From NCBI GenBank assembly GCA_964496095.1, contig CAZBWU010000003.1:1901-65900 (forward strand): a stretch of DNA of 64,000 bases, read 5' to 3'. This document shows positions 9,938 to 21,455 of this stretch, in pieces; positions within the stretch are counted from its first letter, which is position 1; every line of letters begins with the position of its first letter. The position numbers were made by a program, and so were the translations under genes. This DNA is from an uncultured Gammaproteobacteria bacterium. Lineage in GTDB: Bacteria > Patescibacteriota > Patescibacteriia > Magasanikbacterales > GWA2-37-8. The notes under the pieces were generated by a model. That model was not told where the DNA came from. It saw only the letters and a list, made by a program, of their open reading frames with translations, and searched no databases.

Positions 9938-10741
9938 TTAGTTGGAAATCAAAACACTAACAATAAAGAGTTTGGAAAGATCTACAGCGGGGGTAAGTAC
10001 TGCTTGCTGGAAGGGTTGGTAGGCTTCGTTTTCAGCTACTGATACTTCTCCAATCAAAAGTCCTCTGGGCACGTTTTCTTCTAAGCCTGAAGTAATTACC
10101 TTATCTCCAACTAACACAACTTCGTTTCTAGGGATAAAATTCATTTTAATACTTAGACCATAACCACCTTCCACTACACCCAAACTACCGTCTTTGTTGA
10201 GTAGAGTTGCAGCAACTTTACTTTGGTTGTCGTTTATCAGGCGTACCATGGAAATATCTTTTTCTACCTTAGCGATAGTGCCAACGATTACACCGTCTCC
10301 TACAATCACCGGCTGATCATTTTTCAAACCATCCTGCTCTCCGGCATTAATAATTATCATTTTTTCAATATTGTCGGTATTAAGCCCTACAACATTAGCA
10401 GTGACATGAGTAAAATTACGGCGATGAAAAAAACCAAGCTGTTTTCTTAGTTCGTTGTTTTCTTGTTCTAAGTCTTTTGATTTTACATCAGCCACTTCGC
10501 TGTCTTGATTTTTTGCCAGGCATTTATTGTAGCTTTCTACAAGTTCGTCCTTATTGGAAAAATAACTATTAAAAAAATCTTGAGAAGATACCCGCCAATG
10601 AGTAATTCTTGTAGAAATTGGAATAATCAGAGCCTTAATAGGTCTTTCGATAAAATTTAACCAGCCGAAGTAGTGAAAAAAGATAATTAAAATCAAGATA
10701 AATCCTAAAAATAGATAATTTCTTGTTTTAAAACGAAGCAT
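9938..10741 (-). CDS. mreC: rod shape-determining protein MreC
   Basis: TM helix + coiled coil (ENNELRKQL), GDKVITSGL...PRGLLIG. Confidence 0.92.
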   Translation of the reverse strand: MLRFKTRNYLFLGFILILIIFFHYFGWLNFIERPIKALIIPISTRITHWRVSSQDFFNSYFSNKDELVESYNKCLAKNQDSEVADVKSKDLEQENNELRKQLGFFHRRNFTHVTANVVGLNTDNIEKMIIINAGEQDGLKNDQPVIVGDGVIVGTIAKVEKDISMVRLINDNQSKVAATLLNKDGSLGVVEGGYGLSIKMNFIPRNEVVLVGDKVITSGLEENVPRGLLIGEVSVAENEAYQPFQQAVLTPAVDLSKLFIVSVLISN

Positions 10742-10750
10742 ATTTACAAA

Positions 10751-11803
10751 TTAAAGTTCAGTCCCCTTCTGTCTGTTTTTAATTGCAATTTCATTAAGAA
10801 GTTCGTCGTCATCTAAAAGAATGCCTGTGCCTCGCACAACCGAAGTAAGTGGATCATCAGCAATGCGTACTGGAATCTCAACAGCTCTGGCAATTAGCTG
10901 ATCAAAACCTCGCAGAAGCGCGCCACCACCGGAAAGGACAATACCTCGTTCGTGAATGTCGGCCACTAATTCTGGTGGAGTAGTTTCCAAGACTCCTTTG
11001 ATATTTTCAATAATGGTTCGCAGTGATTTTGTCATTGATTCTCTGACCTGAGTATCATTAATCATTATTTCTTTTGGCAGACCAGTCACCAGATCTCGTC
11101 CACGCATTGGGAACAGCATAGGTTCGTTGAGCTCGATAGCTGAACCGATCTTTATTTTTATTTCTTCAGATTGTTTTTCACCCAAAAGAAGATTAAATTT
11201 TTCTCTGGCATATTGTACAATATTGCGATTGAGTTCATCCCCCGCTACTGGAATTGATCGCCATGTCACAATTCCGCTTAGTGATATAACTGCAATCTCT
11301 GATGTTCCGCCACCCATTTCCACAATAAAATTTCCGACCGGTTCGCGGATGGGCATACGAGCGCCAATAGCAGCGGCCATTGGTTCTTGGACAACAATCA
11401 CTTCTCTGGCGCCGGCATTGGTAGCGGCGTCGTTAATAGCTTTTAATTCTACTTCGGTAATTTCAAGAGGCGCGCCCACAACTACTCGCGGACGAGTCAT
11501 AATATTCATGTTGTCTTCGTAGACTTTATCAATAAAATATTTTAACATTTTTTCCGTCACTTCGAAATCAGAAATAATACCGCTGATGAGTGGTCTGGTA
11601 GTGACAATATGAGGTGGAGTTTTGCCAAGCATGTCCTTGGCTTCGTTGCCAACTGCCAAAATCTGTTCCGTTTTGGTATTGACGGCCACCACGCTTGGTT
11701 CGTTGATAACTATCCCCCGTCCTTTGACATAGACAAGAGTGTTGGCTGTGCCCAAATCAATGCCAATATCTTTTCTGAATTTTTTTAATAATCCTTCAAA
11801 CAT
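10751..11803 (-). CDS. mreB: rod shape-determining protein MreB
   Basis: IGIDLGTANT, EPSVVA, GGGTSEIAVISL, SGGGALL. Confidence 0.97.
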   Translation of the reverse strand: MFEGLLKKFRKDIGIDLGTANTLVYVKGRGIVINEPSVVAVNTKTEQILAVGNEAKDMLGKTPPHIVTTRPLISGIISDFEVTEKMLKYFIDKVYEDNMNIMTRPRVVVGAPLEITEVELKAINDAATNAGAREVIVVQEPMAAAIGARMPIREPVGNFIVEMGGGTSEIAVISLSGIVTWRSIPVAGDELNRNIVQYAREKFNLLLGEKQSEEIKIKIGSAIELNEPMLFPMRGRDLVTGLPKEIMINDTQVRESMTKSLRTIIENIKGVLETTPPELVADIHERGIVLSGGGALLRGFDQLIARAVEIPVRIADDPLTSVVRGTGILLDDDELLNEIAIKNRQKGTEL

Positions 11804-11805
11804 AT

Positions 11806-12201
11806 TTATAAATCACGATTGTTATATTTACGACTGGTAAAAATAACTCCTTCTATTGTGGCAAAGAGCAGAATAAGTAAAATCGCGCTCCACCAAGCTA
11901 GTAATTTTATCTGTAAAAGAATCAAACCTGAAATGATGAGAAGGGCGGTCAAAGTTCCTTGTCTAAAAGTTGACTTCACATGATGAAAAACAACCTGGTC
12001 TTCTTTTAAAATTATTTTTTTAATCAGAAAGCCAATAACAGATATAGTGCCAGTAAGAGCCAAAAACAGACTGAGATAGAAAAATAGAAACCCAAAAAAC
12101 TTGGCTTGGGTTGGATCAATACTGCCTAAAACAAAAAACCAGGCCAACCAACAAATAAACGCCCCGATGGACATTAAGATTAGATAATGACGTAAAGTCA
12201 T
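11806..12201 (-). CDS. hypothetical 4-TM membrane protein
   Basis: Four hydrophobic segments; 3 nt upstream of mreB. Confidence 0.7.
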   Translation of the reverse strand: MTLRHYLILMSIGAFICWLAWFFVLGSIDPTQAKFFGFLFFYLSLFLALTGTISVIGFLIKKIILKEDQVVFHHVKSTFRQGTLTALLIISGLILLQIKLLAWWSAILLILLFATIEGVIFTSRKYNNRDL

Positions 12202-12274
12202 AAGTTTAGGTAGTTGTCAGGTTATTTTAGCCCTATTTTATGGGTTTGGCAACCCTGTGTATTTATGTCTTATT

Positions 12275-12571
12275 TTACACCAAATACTTGATTTGTTCCA
12301 CTACATTTGAGCCGAGTTTGTTGTTGGTAGTTAGAAGTATTTTCTTTTCGTTTAGCTTGATTTCCTGAGCCATAACCGAGCTCAGACAAGTAATAGCAAT
12401 AACTTTGTTTTTAAAGTAAATTGCCTGGGCGTATTTACCTGCTCCCTGGCCGAATAATTCTTTGATAACATCATTTACTTTTTCTACCACAAGAGTAGCT
12501 GTCACTTGTTTCCAGACAGGGGTTTGTTTCATCTGACGTTTGAGAATGTCTCCGAGTGATCTCATGACCAT
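12275..12571 (-). CDS. DUF721/DciA-like protein
   Basis: 98 aa with the pattern 'SLGDIL...AITCLSSVMAQEIKLNEKKIL...N'. Confidence 0.7.
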   Translation of the reverse strand: MVMRSLGDILKRQMKQTPVWKQVTATLVVEKVNDVIKELFGQGAGKYAQAIYFKNKVIAITCLSSVMAQEIKLNEKKILLTTNNKLGSNVVEQIKYLV

Positions 12572-12603
12572 AAAAAGTAATTAATTTCTATAGATGTAAG
12601 TTT

Positions 12604-13059
12604 TTATTCACTAATTGGCATAAATACTCCTTTGACAATAGGCATATCTCGGAATAAAAGTATTGGTGATTTGGAAACATTGCTTATCTCAAGTGTTTGT
12701 TTACAATCAGTATCAGGTTCAGCAAAATGTGATCCGAGCAAAATGCTTAATCCGATTTGGGCGCACGAACCGCGAGCGCTTAACATGCAGGCGTACTTAC
12801 CATTTAATGTTAATTTTTCTTTAGTAAACCCAAGCACAAACTGACCAGGTTCAAGAATATATCCTTCGTCTGGTATTGAATGTTCTGTGTGTTTTGGTTT
12901 TGTATCTGCTCGCAATATTTGTCCTTCGTCTAAGCAGTGTATTGTTGCATCGAGAGTAAATGTATAGCTTGCGCCTTTAATATTAGCCTCGTTAAACGAA
13001 TCAATACCAAGCTTACCTTCTTGTACCACCTCCTTAATTTGTTGAGCAGAGAGAATCAT
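12604..13059 (-). CDS. dcd: dCTP deaminase / trimeric dUTPase family (start revised to ATG 13059)
   Basis: MILS..I start, ASYTFTL, LEPGQFVLGFTKE, ARGSCAQIG, TLEISN. Confidence 0.75.
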   Translation of the reverse strand: MILSAQQIKEVVQEGKLGIDSFNEANIKGASYTFTLDATIHCLDEGQILRADTKPKHTEHSIPDEGYILEPGQFVLGFTKEKLTLNGKYACMLSARGSCAQIGLSILLGSHFAEPDTDCKQTLEISNVSKSPILLFRDMPIVKGVFMPISE

Positions 13060-13069
13060 ACTAAAAATA

Positions 13070-16012
13070 TTAAACTCTAAATTGGCAAATATTTCTAAAA
13101 TCACAACTCTTACATACTTGCGCGCTCGGAGTGGCTTTAAAATTTCCAGATTTAATTTCAGACATAGTGTTAGTCATTTTTTCTTTAAGCTTTTCTATTT
13201 CTTTCTCAGTGCCTAGGAAAGATAGTTTGGCATTATCATTTAGATAAAAATAAGTCAGCTTGCCAGCGTTGCCCACTTGGTTATATTCTGGTAATTGATT
13301 AACAGCTATTTGGTAAATTAATAATTGGTCTTTATCTTCGCTCTCTAATTTTTCTTTACTCTTGCCGGTTTTGTAATCAATAATTTCTAAAGTGCCATCG
13401 GCTGATTGATCTATTCTATCTATGCGTCCATGCACTAGATGTTCCCCAACTTTGATTTTGAACCAGCCTTCCATTGCCACTGGCACAGTCCAATTTTCTT
13501 TTTCTGACTCATAAAAAGCGCGCAAAATTTCTTTACCGGTTTTATAATATTTTTCTTTTTGAGCTGCGTCCTGGTACCAATCGCCTATCCACGATTCTTC
13601 ATAAAATGCCATTAATTCATCTAGACTAGGGGCTTTTACACCATTACTAGAAACTTTGCCAGCAGGTGTTTCGGTAAACAAAGAGGTTTGGGTAGCTTGG
13701 TTTAGCTCTTTTAATTTCTCGTAAAATTTTTGCATGGTGCTGTGCATGCTCTGGCCAAAGCTAAAACTGGCGCTACCGCTAGTTGGAATTCTCAAGATAT
13801 GTGCCAGTTTATACTGATATGGACAAGTACGATAGGCCTTTATTTGAGAAAAGGAAAAAACTTTTGGCAACTCGTAAACAAACTCCGCATCATCTTTGTG
13901 TTTGGTTGGGTTGGAAAGTTTGAAGTCTTCTTTTTGGGCGGCGGTTTTTTCTAAGACATTGAAACCCAGCTCGGGCAAGAAACGAGAAATTTTTTTATTT
14001 TTTACCCCGCCGTAATCATCAGCGCTTGTAAGGTATAGTCGTTCTTTGGCTCTGGTAATGGCCACATAAAACAAACGCCGTTCTTCTTGCATATGATTAT
14101 CCCCTTCTGACAGTTGTTCTTTGATAAAAGCGCTTGGGAGCTCTATAGACTCGCCACGGCGACGACCAGGAAATCTGTCTTCCACCATATTTACCACAAA
14201 CGCATACTTAAACTCCAAACCTTTGGATTTGTGAACAGTAATAATATTGATAGCGTCTGTGTTGTCGCTTGCTTGATACATTCCGCCAGGATCGCCAGAC
14301 TCTATCACATAATTAAAATGTTCTAGGAAATTCACAACCGTTGCGCCCATCACGCTTGTTTCGTAATTTTTTATATACTCAAAAAATTCCTTGAGTTGGT
14401 ATATTTGTCTAATGACTTCTTTGTTTTGATTCAATTCTTCTTTGGTGAGATATTCCAACATGCCGCTGTCTTGGAGGAAGTGGAATAAAACCGTAGTTGG
14501 TTTTTCTTTTTTGGCATTTTGCAAACCGGAATTAATAATAGCGATCAGTTTGTTGGCTGTCTCAATTCCTTGGGGAGATAAACCAAACTGTTCGGCGTAT
14601 TTTAACGATTCGTAAAATGAAATAGCTTTTCTTTTGGCATTATAAGTGATTTTTTGTAAATCATGATCATCTATTTTCCAAACCGGTAGTAGTAGCAATC
14701 GAAAAACTGCGGTTGATTCTCGGTAATTATCAAGTAGTTTAAAGAAGTTGAGACAATCCAAAACTAATGGTTGGCGGTAGAGTCCGGAAGCGGCCAAAAA
14801 TTCATAAGGCATGCCCGATTTTTCTAGGGCAGAAATAAACGGCTCGCTATGACTATTGGCGCGTACTAAAATAGCAAAGTCACTCCATTTGGTATTGATA
14901 TCTGAATGTTTTAATCTCGCTATTTCTTCTAAGGTTTTCTTGACTTCTTCGTCGAGGGTGGCGCAGTGTATATGAGCTACGGCTGAAGTCTCAGATTCTT
15001 TTTTCTCCCCTGTAAAAATCAATTTTTTATTAACATTGAGTTTTACTTCCAAACGATCTGGGTTGTTATTTTGAATAAGCTTGTAGGCATAATCCAAAAT
15101 TTCTTGTTGAGAGCGGTAATTTTCATTGAGAACAATTTCTTTGGCTTGAGGAAAGTCATCTTTGAATCGTAAAATATTTGAGACCGAAGCACCTCTAAAG
15201 GCATAGATGCTTTGGTCATCATCCCCCACTACGGTTAGTTGGGAGGTGTCGCCTGTTAGTAGTCGCACCAATTGGTACTGCGACCAATTGACATCTTGAA
15301 ATTCATCAATCAAAATATATTTAAACTTTTTTTGTATGGCTTTCAAAATGGCTGGACGCTCTTTGAGTAGTTTGGTGGTATAAAAAATAAGATCAGCAAA
15401 ATCAAGCGCATTGTTATCCAAAAGCAATTGATTATATACGTGATAGGCATTGGCAATTTCCGTGAGCCGTGACTGGTCATCTAGTTCAATATTGTCTTGA
15501 TTAGCAACGATACCTTCAGCATACTTGAGATAATCTGCCGGAGTGATAAGTTCGTCTTTACATTTTTGGAAATGTGAAATCAGGGCGTGTAAGTGACTAG
15601 CCGGATTGCCCATTGGACGATAATAATCAAGATTAAATTTATCTAAATTTTGTCTAGCGAGAAGCCAAGCATCTGTTTCAGTAATGAGTTTGAATTTTTG
15701 ACTAAGGCCAATATGAAGACCGTATTCTTCTAAAATCTTTTGACAAAAGGCGTGAAAGGTAGAAATCTGTAAATCCACATAACCAATATCAATGTCAGCG
15801 TCTACTCGATCAAACATTTCGGTAGCGGCTTTTTCAGTAAAAGTGAGCGCCAAAACTTCTTCAGCCGTAGCCAAGTTATTTTTTAGAATATGAGAAATCT
15901 TTTCGGTAATAACAGTGGTTTTACCTGTCCCTGCCCCAGCCACAATAATTAGCGGTCCGCCAAAGTATTCCACAGCTTGTTTTTGGGCTTCGTTTAGTTT
16001 GTAATTAGCCAT
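13070..16012 (-). CDS. UvrD/PcrA-family helicase with C-terminal PD-(D/E)XK nuclease (AdnB/AddA-like)
   Basis: AGAGTGKT, LIDEFQD, VGDDDQSIYAFRGA, HKSKGLEF; C-terminal CPYQY...GRIDRID...IIDYKTG...CKSCDFRNIC. Confidence 0.92.
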   Translation of the reverse strand: MANYKLNEAQKQAVEYFGGPLIIVAGAGTGKTTVITEKISHILKNNLATAEEVLALTFTEKAATEMFDRVDADIDIGYVDLQISTFHAFCQKILEEYGLHIGLSQKFKLITETDAWLLARQNLDKFNLDYYRPMGNPASHLHALISHFQKCKDELITPADYLKYAEGIVANQDNIELDDQSRLTEIANAYHVYNQLLLDNNALDFADLIFYTTKLLKERPAILKAIQKKFKYILIDEFQDVNWSQYQLVRLLTGDTSQLTVVGDDDQSIYAFRGASVSNILRFKDDFPQAKEIVLNENYRSQQEILDYAYKLIQNNNPDRLEVKLNVNKKLIFTGEKKESETSAVAHIHCATLDEEVKKTLEEIARLKHSDINTKWSDFAILVRANSHSEPFISALEKSGMPYEFLAASGLYRQPLVLDCLNFFKLLDNYRESTAVFRLLLLPVWKIDDHDLQKITYNAKRKAISFYESLKYAEQFGLSPQGIETANKLIAIINSGLQNAKKEKPTTVLFHFLQDSGMLEYLTKEELNQNKEVIRQIYQLKEFFEYIKNYETSVMGATVVNFLEHFNYVIESGDPGGMYQASDNTDAINIITVHKSKGLEFKYAFVVNMVEDRFPGRRRGESIELPSAFIKEQLSEGDNHMQEERRLFYVAITRAKERLYLTSADDYGGVKNKKISRFLPELGFNVLEKTAAQKEDFKLSNPTKHKDDAEFVYELPKVFSFSQIKAYRTCPYQYKLAHILRIPTSGSASFSFGQSMHSTMQKFYEKLKELNQATQTSLFTETPAGKVSSNGVKAPSLDELMAFYEESWIGDWYQDAAQKEKYYKTGKEILRAFYESEKENWTVPVAMEGWFKIKVGEHLVHGRIDRIDQSADGTLEIIDYKTGKSKEKLESEDKDQLLIYQIAVNQLPEYNQVGNAGKLTYFYLNDNAKLSFLGTEKEIEKLKEKMTNTMSEIKSGNFKATPSAQVCKSCDFRNICQFRV

Positions 16013-16087
16013 AAATTGTTAGATAAAACAGCCCTTTTGGGGCTGCTTTATTATAAACGAAATGAGTCAGTGAAGCAAGGAGATTTT

Positions 16088-17848
16088 TTAAGCAATAAAC
16101 CCGCCTGCCTGCACTTCCCAGAGTTTTTTATACAAGCCTTTTTCTTGCTGTAATAATTCTTGATGGGATCCGTTCTCTACAATCTTACCCTCTTTAATCA
16201 CGATAATTCTATCCATTTTCATAATCGTAGATAAACGATGAGCCACCACAATCACAGTCTTGCCTTTTATAAGGACATCCAGGGCTTTTTGAATCAATTG
16301 TTCAGATTCAGAATCAAGACTAGAAGTCGCTTCATCTAGAATAAGTATTGGTGCGTTGTGCAGAATCGCCCTAGCTATAGCTACGCGCTGACGTTCACCA
16401 CCGGATAATTTTACCCCTCTTTCACCTACAAAAGTATTATACCCTTCTGGCAAGTCTTTGATAAATTCGTGACAGTGAGCCAGTTTGGCAGCTTTAATAA
16501 CTTCTTCTTCGGTGGCGTCTGGTTTGCCATAGCGAATATTTTCTAGCAAGCTTCTGTGGAAAAGAATTGGATCTTGCGGAACCATGCTAACATTTTTCCA
16601 TAAACTTTCCATTTTGACATGGCTGATATTTTGCCCATCAATCACAATACTTCCTGCGCTTACATCGTACATGCGCAAAAGCAATTTAATGATTGTGGTT
16701 TTACCTCCTCCAGATGGACCGACTAAAGCCACCTTTTCTTTGGCAGAAATACTAAGGTTGAATTTTTCTAGAATAGGACGAGTTTTATGGTAGAAGAAAT
16801 CAACTTTGTTGAATTCAATTTTACCTTCGGTAATTTTTAAGTCTTTGGCATTTTTAGTGTCTACTATGCTGTGCGGTTCACTTAAAACAGCGCTCATCTC
16901 ATCCGCTTCAGCCAGGCTTTCATATATATCTCGAATTACGCGACCAAAATCCCATGTTCTCATAATAACAATCAATATGTATGACTGTATGAGAATAAAA
17001 TCACCAATTGTTAAAATATTTTGTTTCCATAATAAAATAGCAATATAAAAAATTCCGACTTCTAAAACTGTAGTGAGTAAAGCTTGAGTTGCCTCATAAA
17101 CATTGCTCAGATTCCAGGTAAATAAGCGTAGTTTTTTTACGGTACCAATCGCTTTGGCAAAGTTTTTTACTTCAGCCATATAGCCGCCAAACAATTTAAC
17201 GTTGGTATTATTTGTTATTGTATCTGCTAGAATTCCAGTCGCGGAAGAATCTGCTTCGCTTCGCGCGAGATCGTATTTGAGCTTAAATTTTGTAAACAAT
17301 ATATTTATAATAAAAAAGATGGTAATCCAAACGCCGATTGCGATAGCAAGATAAGCATTCTTTCTAATTAAAACAAAGATTATTAAACTTATATTTATTA
17401 ATAATTGTAAAATATCAAAAGATAACTTATCTGTAATATGTTCGAATGACCTGGTAAAACGATTTACTTTTTTTACAAGTGACCCAACAAAATTATCATT
17501 AAAATAAGCAAAAGAATGCTTGTGAATGTATCTAAAACAAAAATCAGACAAATTTACCATTACGGAAACTTGAAAATAAGAGATAAAAAAAGTGCTGATA
17601 CGCCAAAACATCCAGCCGATAAATTCTATAACCGCAATAATAAACAGGTTGTGAATCAGCTGAGGTGCCAAAATTTCTTTTGGCTGTGATTGGGCCAAAA
17701 GGTCAAAGATTTTTTTAAAATACAAGGGGGTTATAACAGTTACAGCCGAAGCTAAGATAACAGCAAAAAACACAACCAGCGCTGAAATTTTGTGTTGCTT
17801 TATCTGGTCCCAATATATTTCAATTGTTTTCTTTGTATTTACTTGCAT
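16088..17848 (-). CDS. ABC exporter (fused TMD + NBD)
   Basis: 6 TM helices, GPSGGGKT, LSGGERQR, LDEATS. Confidence 0.93.
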   Translation of the reverse strand: MQVNTKKTIEIYWDQIKQHKISALVVFFAVILASAVTVITPLYFKKIFDLLAQSQPKEILAPQLIHNLFIIAVIEFIGWMFWRISTFFISYFQVSVMVNLSDFCFRYIHKHSFAYFNDNFVGSLVKKVNRFTRSFEHITDKLSFDILQLLINISLIIFVLIRKNAYLAIAIGVWITIFFIINILFTKFKLKYDLARSEADSSATGILADTITNNTNVKLFGGYMAEVKNFAKAIGTVKKLRLFTWNLSNVYEATQALLTTVLEVGIFYIAILLWKQNILTIGDFILIQSYILIVIMRTWDFGRVIRDIYESLAEADEMSAVLSEPHSIVDTKNAKDLKITEGKIEFNKVDFFYHKTRPILEKFNLSISAKEKVALVGPSGGGKTTIIKLLLRMYDVSAGSIVIDGQNISHVKMESLWKNVSMVPQDPILFHRSLLENIRYGKPDATEEEVIKAAKLAHCHEFIKDLPEGYNTFVGERGVKLSGGERQRVAIARAILHNAPILILDEATSSLDSESEQLIQKALDVLIKGKTVIVVAHRLSTIMKMDRIIVIKEGKIVENGSHQELLQQEKGLYKKLWEVQAGGFIA

Positions 17849-17965
17849 AATTTTTATAAAACAGCATTATCTCCCCTGTTTGGGGAGATATGTGTATATT
17901 ATAGAAGACGTAAAAACTGAGGTTTTGTTACCGTGAAGGCTAATCTTAGAGAAAAATTGAAGTTT

Positions 17966-18103
17966 TTAGGCGTTTACCTTATCAATACATTCACAACCGC
18001 AAGTCTGATCACATTCACAACAAGCCACACATATACTTTCATTACACAAGCAAGGATCTGCTTGCTCTCCTAAAACTGTTTTGCATTTTGGGCATTTTTC
18101 CAT
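17966..18103 (-). CDS. 45-aa cysteine-rich metallothionein-like protein (not in ORF track)
   Basis: MEKCPKCKTVLGEQADPCLCNESICVACCECDQTCGCECIDKVNA*, 11 Cys; starts ~30 nt after the atpC stop, same strand. Confidence 0.75.
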   Translation of the reverse strand: MEKCPKCKTVLGEQADPCLCNESICVACCECDQTCGCECIDKVNA

Positions 18104-18132
18104 ATGAATGTTTGATTATTAATTTAAAGTTT

Positions 18133-18558
18133 TTATTTACTTGCTGGTAAATTCCTGTATTTTTTTGCTACTCTCAATCTATTGAGCTCTCTGTCTATAA
18201 CTGCTTGCAACTTGGCAAAGTCGACGTCTTGAACGTTCTTAATATTCTTCATTTGTTCTTGAGCGCGTACTCTGGCTTCTTCGGCTCTGGTAATATCTAT
18301 CTGGTCTACTCGTTCAGCGTGATCGGCTAAAATCACAATTTCATTTTTTCCTCTTACTTCCAAAAATCCTCCCGAAACTGCCATCTGATGTTCGCCATCC
18401 TTGTCTTTGAATTTTAATTCACCGGCTTTAAGAACAGAGACAAGCGGAATATGATTTGGTAAAACTGTAATTTCACCGTCCATAGTCGGAATGGTAATTT
18501 GAAAAATTTCATTTTCATAGATACTTTTTTCCGGAGTGACGATTTTGAATTTTAACAT
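18133..18558 (-). CDS. atpC: ATP synthase epsilon
   Basis: IVTPE, GEITVLPNHIPL, VSGGFLEV. Confidence 0.95.
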   Translation of the reverse strand: MLKFKIVTPEKSIYENEIFQITIPTMDGEITVLPNHIPLVSVLKAGELKFKDKDGEHQMAVSGGFLEVRGKNEIVILADHAERVDQIDITRAEEARVRAQEQMKNIKNVQDVDFAKLQAVIDRELNRLRVAKKYRNLPASK

Positions 18559-18572
18559 AAATTTTTATTTTT

Positions 18573-18669
18573 TGTCATCCCGAGCGAGGCCGTAGCCGAC
18601 GAGGGATCTATTCCGATTATTAAAATAAAGTATAGATTCCTCATCCCACAAGAGGGATTCGGAATGACA
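18573..18669. repeat. cruciform palindromic element copy 1 (atpD-atpC intergenic)
   Basis: TGTCATCCCGAG...GAGGGATCT...AGATTCCTC...TTCGGAATGACA. Confidence 0.9.
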
Positions 18670-18676
18670 ACAAACT

Positions 18677-20077
<1,401 letters not shown>

Positions 20078-20089
20078 TTATTAGTAATT

Positions 20090-21040
20090 TTATTCAAGTG
20101 CCGCTGCTCCACCCGCAATCTCGGCAATTTCCTGGGTAATACCTGCTTGTCTAGCTTTGTTAAATGTCAGGTTCAACTCTTCTATCATATCTTTAGCAGA
20201 TTCGCTGGCGTTTTTCATAGCTACCATACGGCTACTATGTTCACTAGCTGATGACTCTAACAGAGTTTGATAAATCTGACTTTCTACCAATCTTGGTAAA
20301 ACTATTTTTAAAACATCCGTTCGGTTTGGTTCAAATAAATATTCATTCAAGTCTGTTTTTTTAGGAATTTTGGATTGGTGGGTTTCGCTCACATCAGAAA
20401 TCATTTTTTCTAAATCAATTTCAGAAATTGGTAATACTTGTCTTAGTTTGGCTACTTGTAATAGAGCGGATTTAAAATCAGTGTAAGCTACAACCACCTT
20501 GTCATAAGTTTGCTTTTCATAAGCGTCAATAATCATTCTAGCAACCGGCAAGGCGTCTTCTAAACTTGGAGTGTCAGTAAGATTATTAAATGAAGCAATC
20601 AAATTATATCCCATTTTTTTGGCAAAGTCTGCACCCTTCTTGCCAATGCCAATAACTTCTACAGAAATTGGTTTGTTTGATAAAACTTCCTTGCCCTTTA
20701 TTCTTTGCTTGGCAATATTTTGTGGGTTTTTTAACTGAGCCGCTGTTTTTCTGATTATGTTAGCATTAAAACTTCCACACAAACCTCGGTTTGAAGTAAT
20801 AATAATCATTAAAATCTTTTCTACCGGACGAACATCCAGAAGTGGCATCTTTTCTTTTTGAACAGTAGAAAGATTTACTAAAAGTTCCCAAGCCAAAGTG
20901 GCATAGCTTCTAGTATCTAAAGCAGCGTTAACCGCTTTGCGCATTTTGGCAGCCGCAATCATTTCCATGGCTTTGGTAATTTTTTTGGTACTACCAATGG
21001 ATTTGAGGCGACGTTTAATTACTTTTGTGTTTACGGCCAT
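20090..21040 (-). CDS. atpG: ATP synthase gamma (start revised to ATG 21040)
   Basis: KITKAMEM, RGLCGSFN, NKARQAGITQEIAEI. Confidence 0.96.
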   Translation of the reverse strand: MAVNTKVIKRRLKSIGSTKKITKAMEMIAAAKMRKAVNAALDTRSYATLAWELLVNLSTVQKEKMPLLDVRPVEKILMIIITSNRGLCGSFNANIIRKTAAQLKNPQNIAKQRIKGKEVLSNKPISVEVIGIGKKGADFAKKMGYNLIASFNNLTDTPSLEDALPVARMIIDAYEKQTYDKVVVAYTDFKSALLQVAKLRQVLPISEIDLEKMISDVSETHQSKIPKKTDLNEYLFEPNRTDVLKIVLPRLVESQIYQTLLESSASEHSSRMVAMKNASESAKDMIEELNLTFNKARQAGITQEIAEIAGGAAALE

Positions 21041-21044
21041 ATAT

Positions 21045-21446
21045 TTATTTTTTGTGGAATACACTATATTCTTCGACTGCGTTTCTATACCCCAGTATAG
21101 ACAAATCATTAGCACGATTGGTCATTAATCGATTTTCTTCTTCCAGATCAGCATCTAAGTGGTTGCTTTCTGCAAAGTCTAAATCAACTGCAATTACAGT
21201 TATTATCTGGTATAATTCAAGGTCTGTGTCAGTAATCAAATAGTGCGTTGAATTTCTTGGGTTTTTTTTAGCGTGTGCTTTACTAAACTCTTTTTCAAGA
21301 TCAATTATGGATTGTAGGATAAGTAAACGGTCAGTTTTTTCAAAACCAATCAAATTTTCATGCTCTTCTAAACGTTCAGCTATTATTTGCACTGAAAGTC
21401 TATCAACCTCTGCATTTAATTCTTGGCTTGGGAATTCCCTCATCAT
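21045..21446 (-). CDS. hypothetical protein between atpA and atpG
   Basis: Acidic, helical ORF that fills the gap almost exactly, same strand. Confidence 0.65.
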   Translation of the reverse strand: MMREFPSQELNAEVDRLSVQIIAERLEEHENLIGFEKTDRLLILQSIIDLEKEFSKAHAKKNPRNSTHYLITDTDLELYQIITVIAVDLDFAESNHLDADLEEENRLMTNRANDLSILGYRNAVEEYSVFHKK

Positions 21447-21455
21447 ACCTAGCAA

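Noticed and set aside
18573-18669. Cruciform elements as tRNAs or riboswitches
   Set aside because: No conserved T-loop, anticodon arm or CCA. Loops vary freely, and copies occur in both orientations and inside CDSs.
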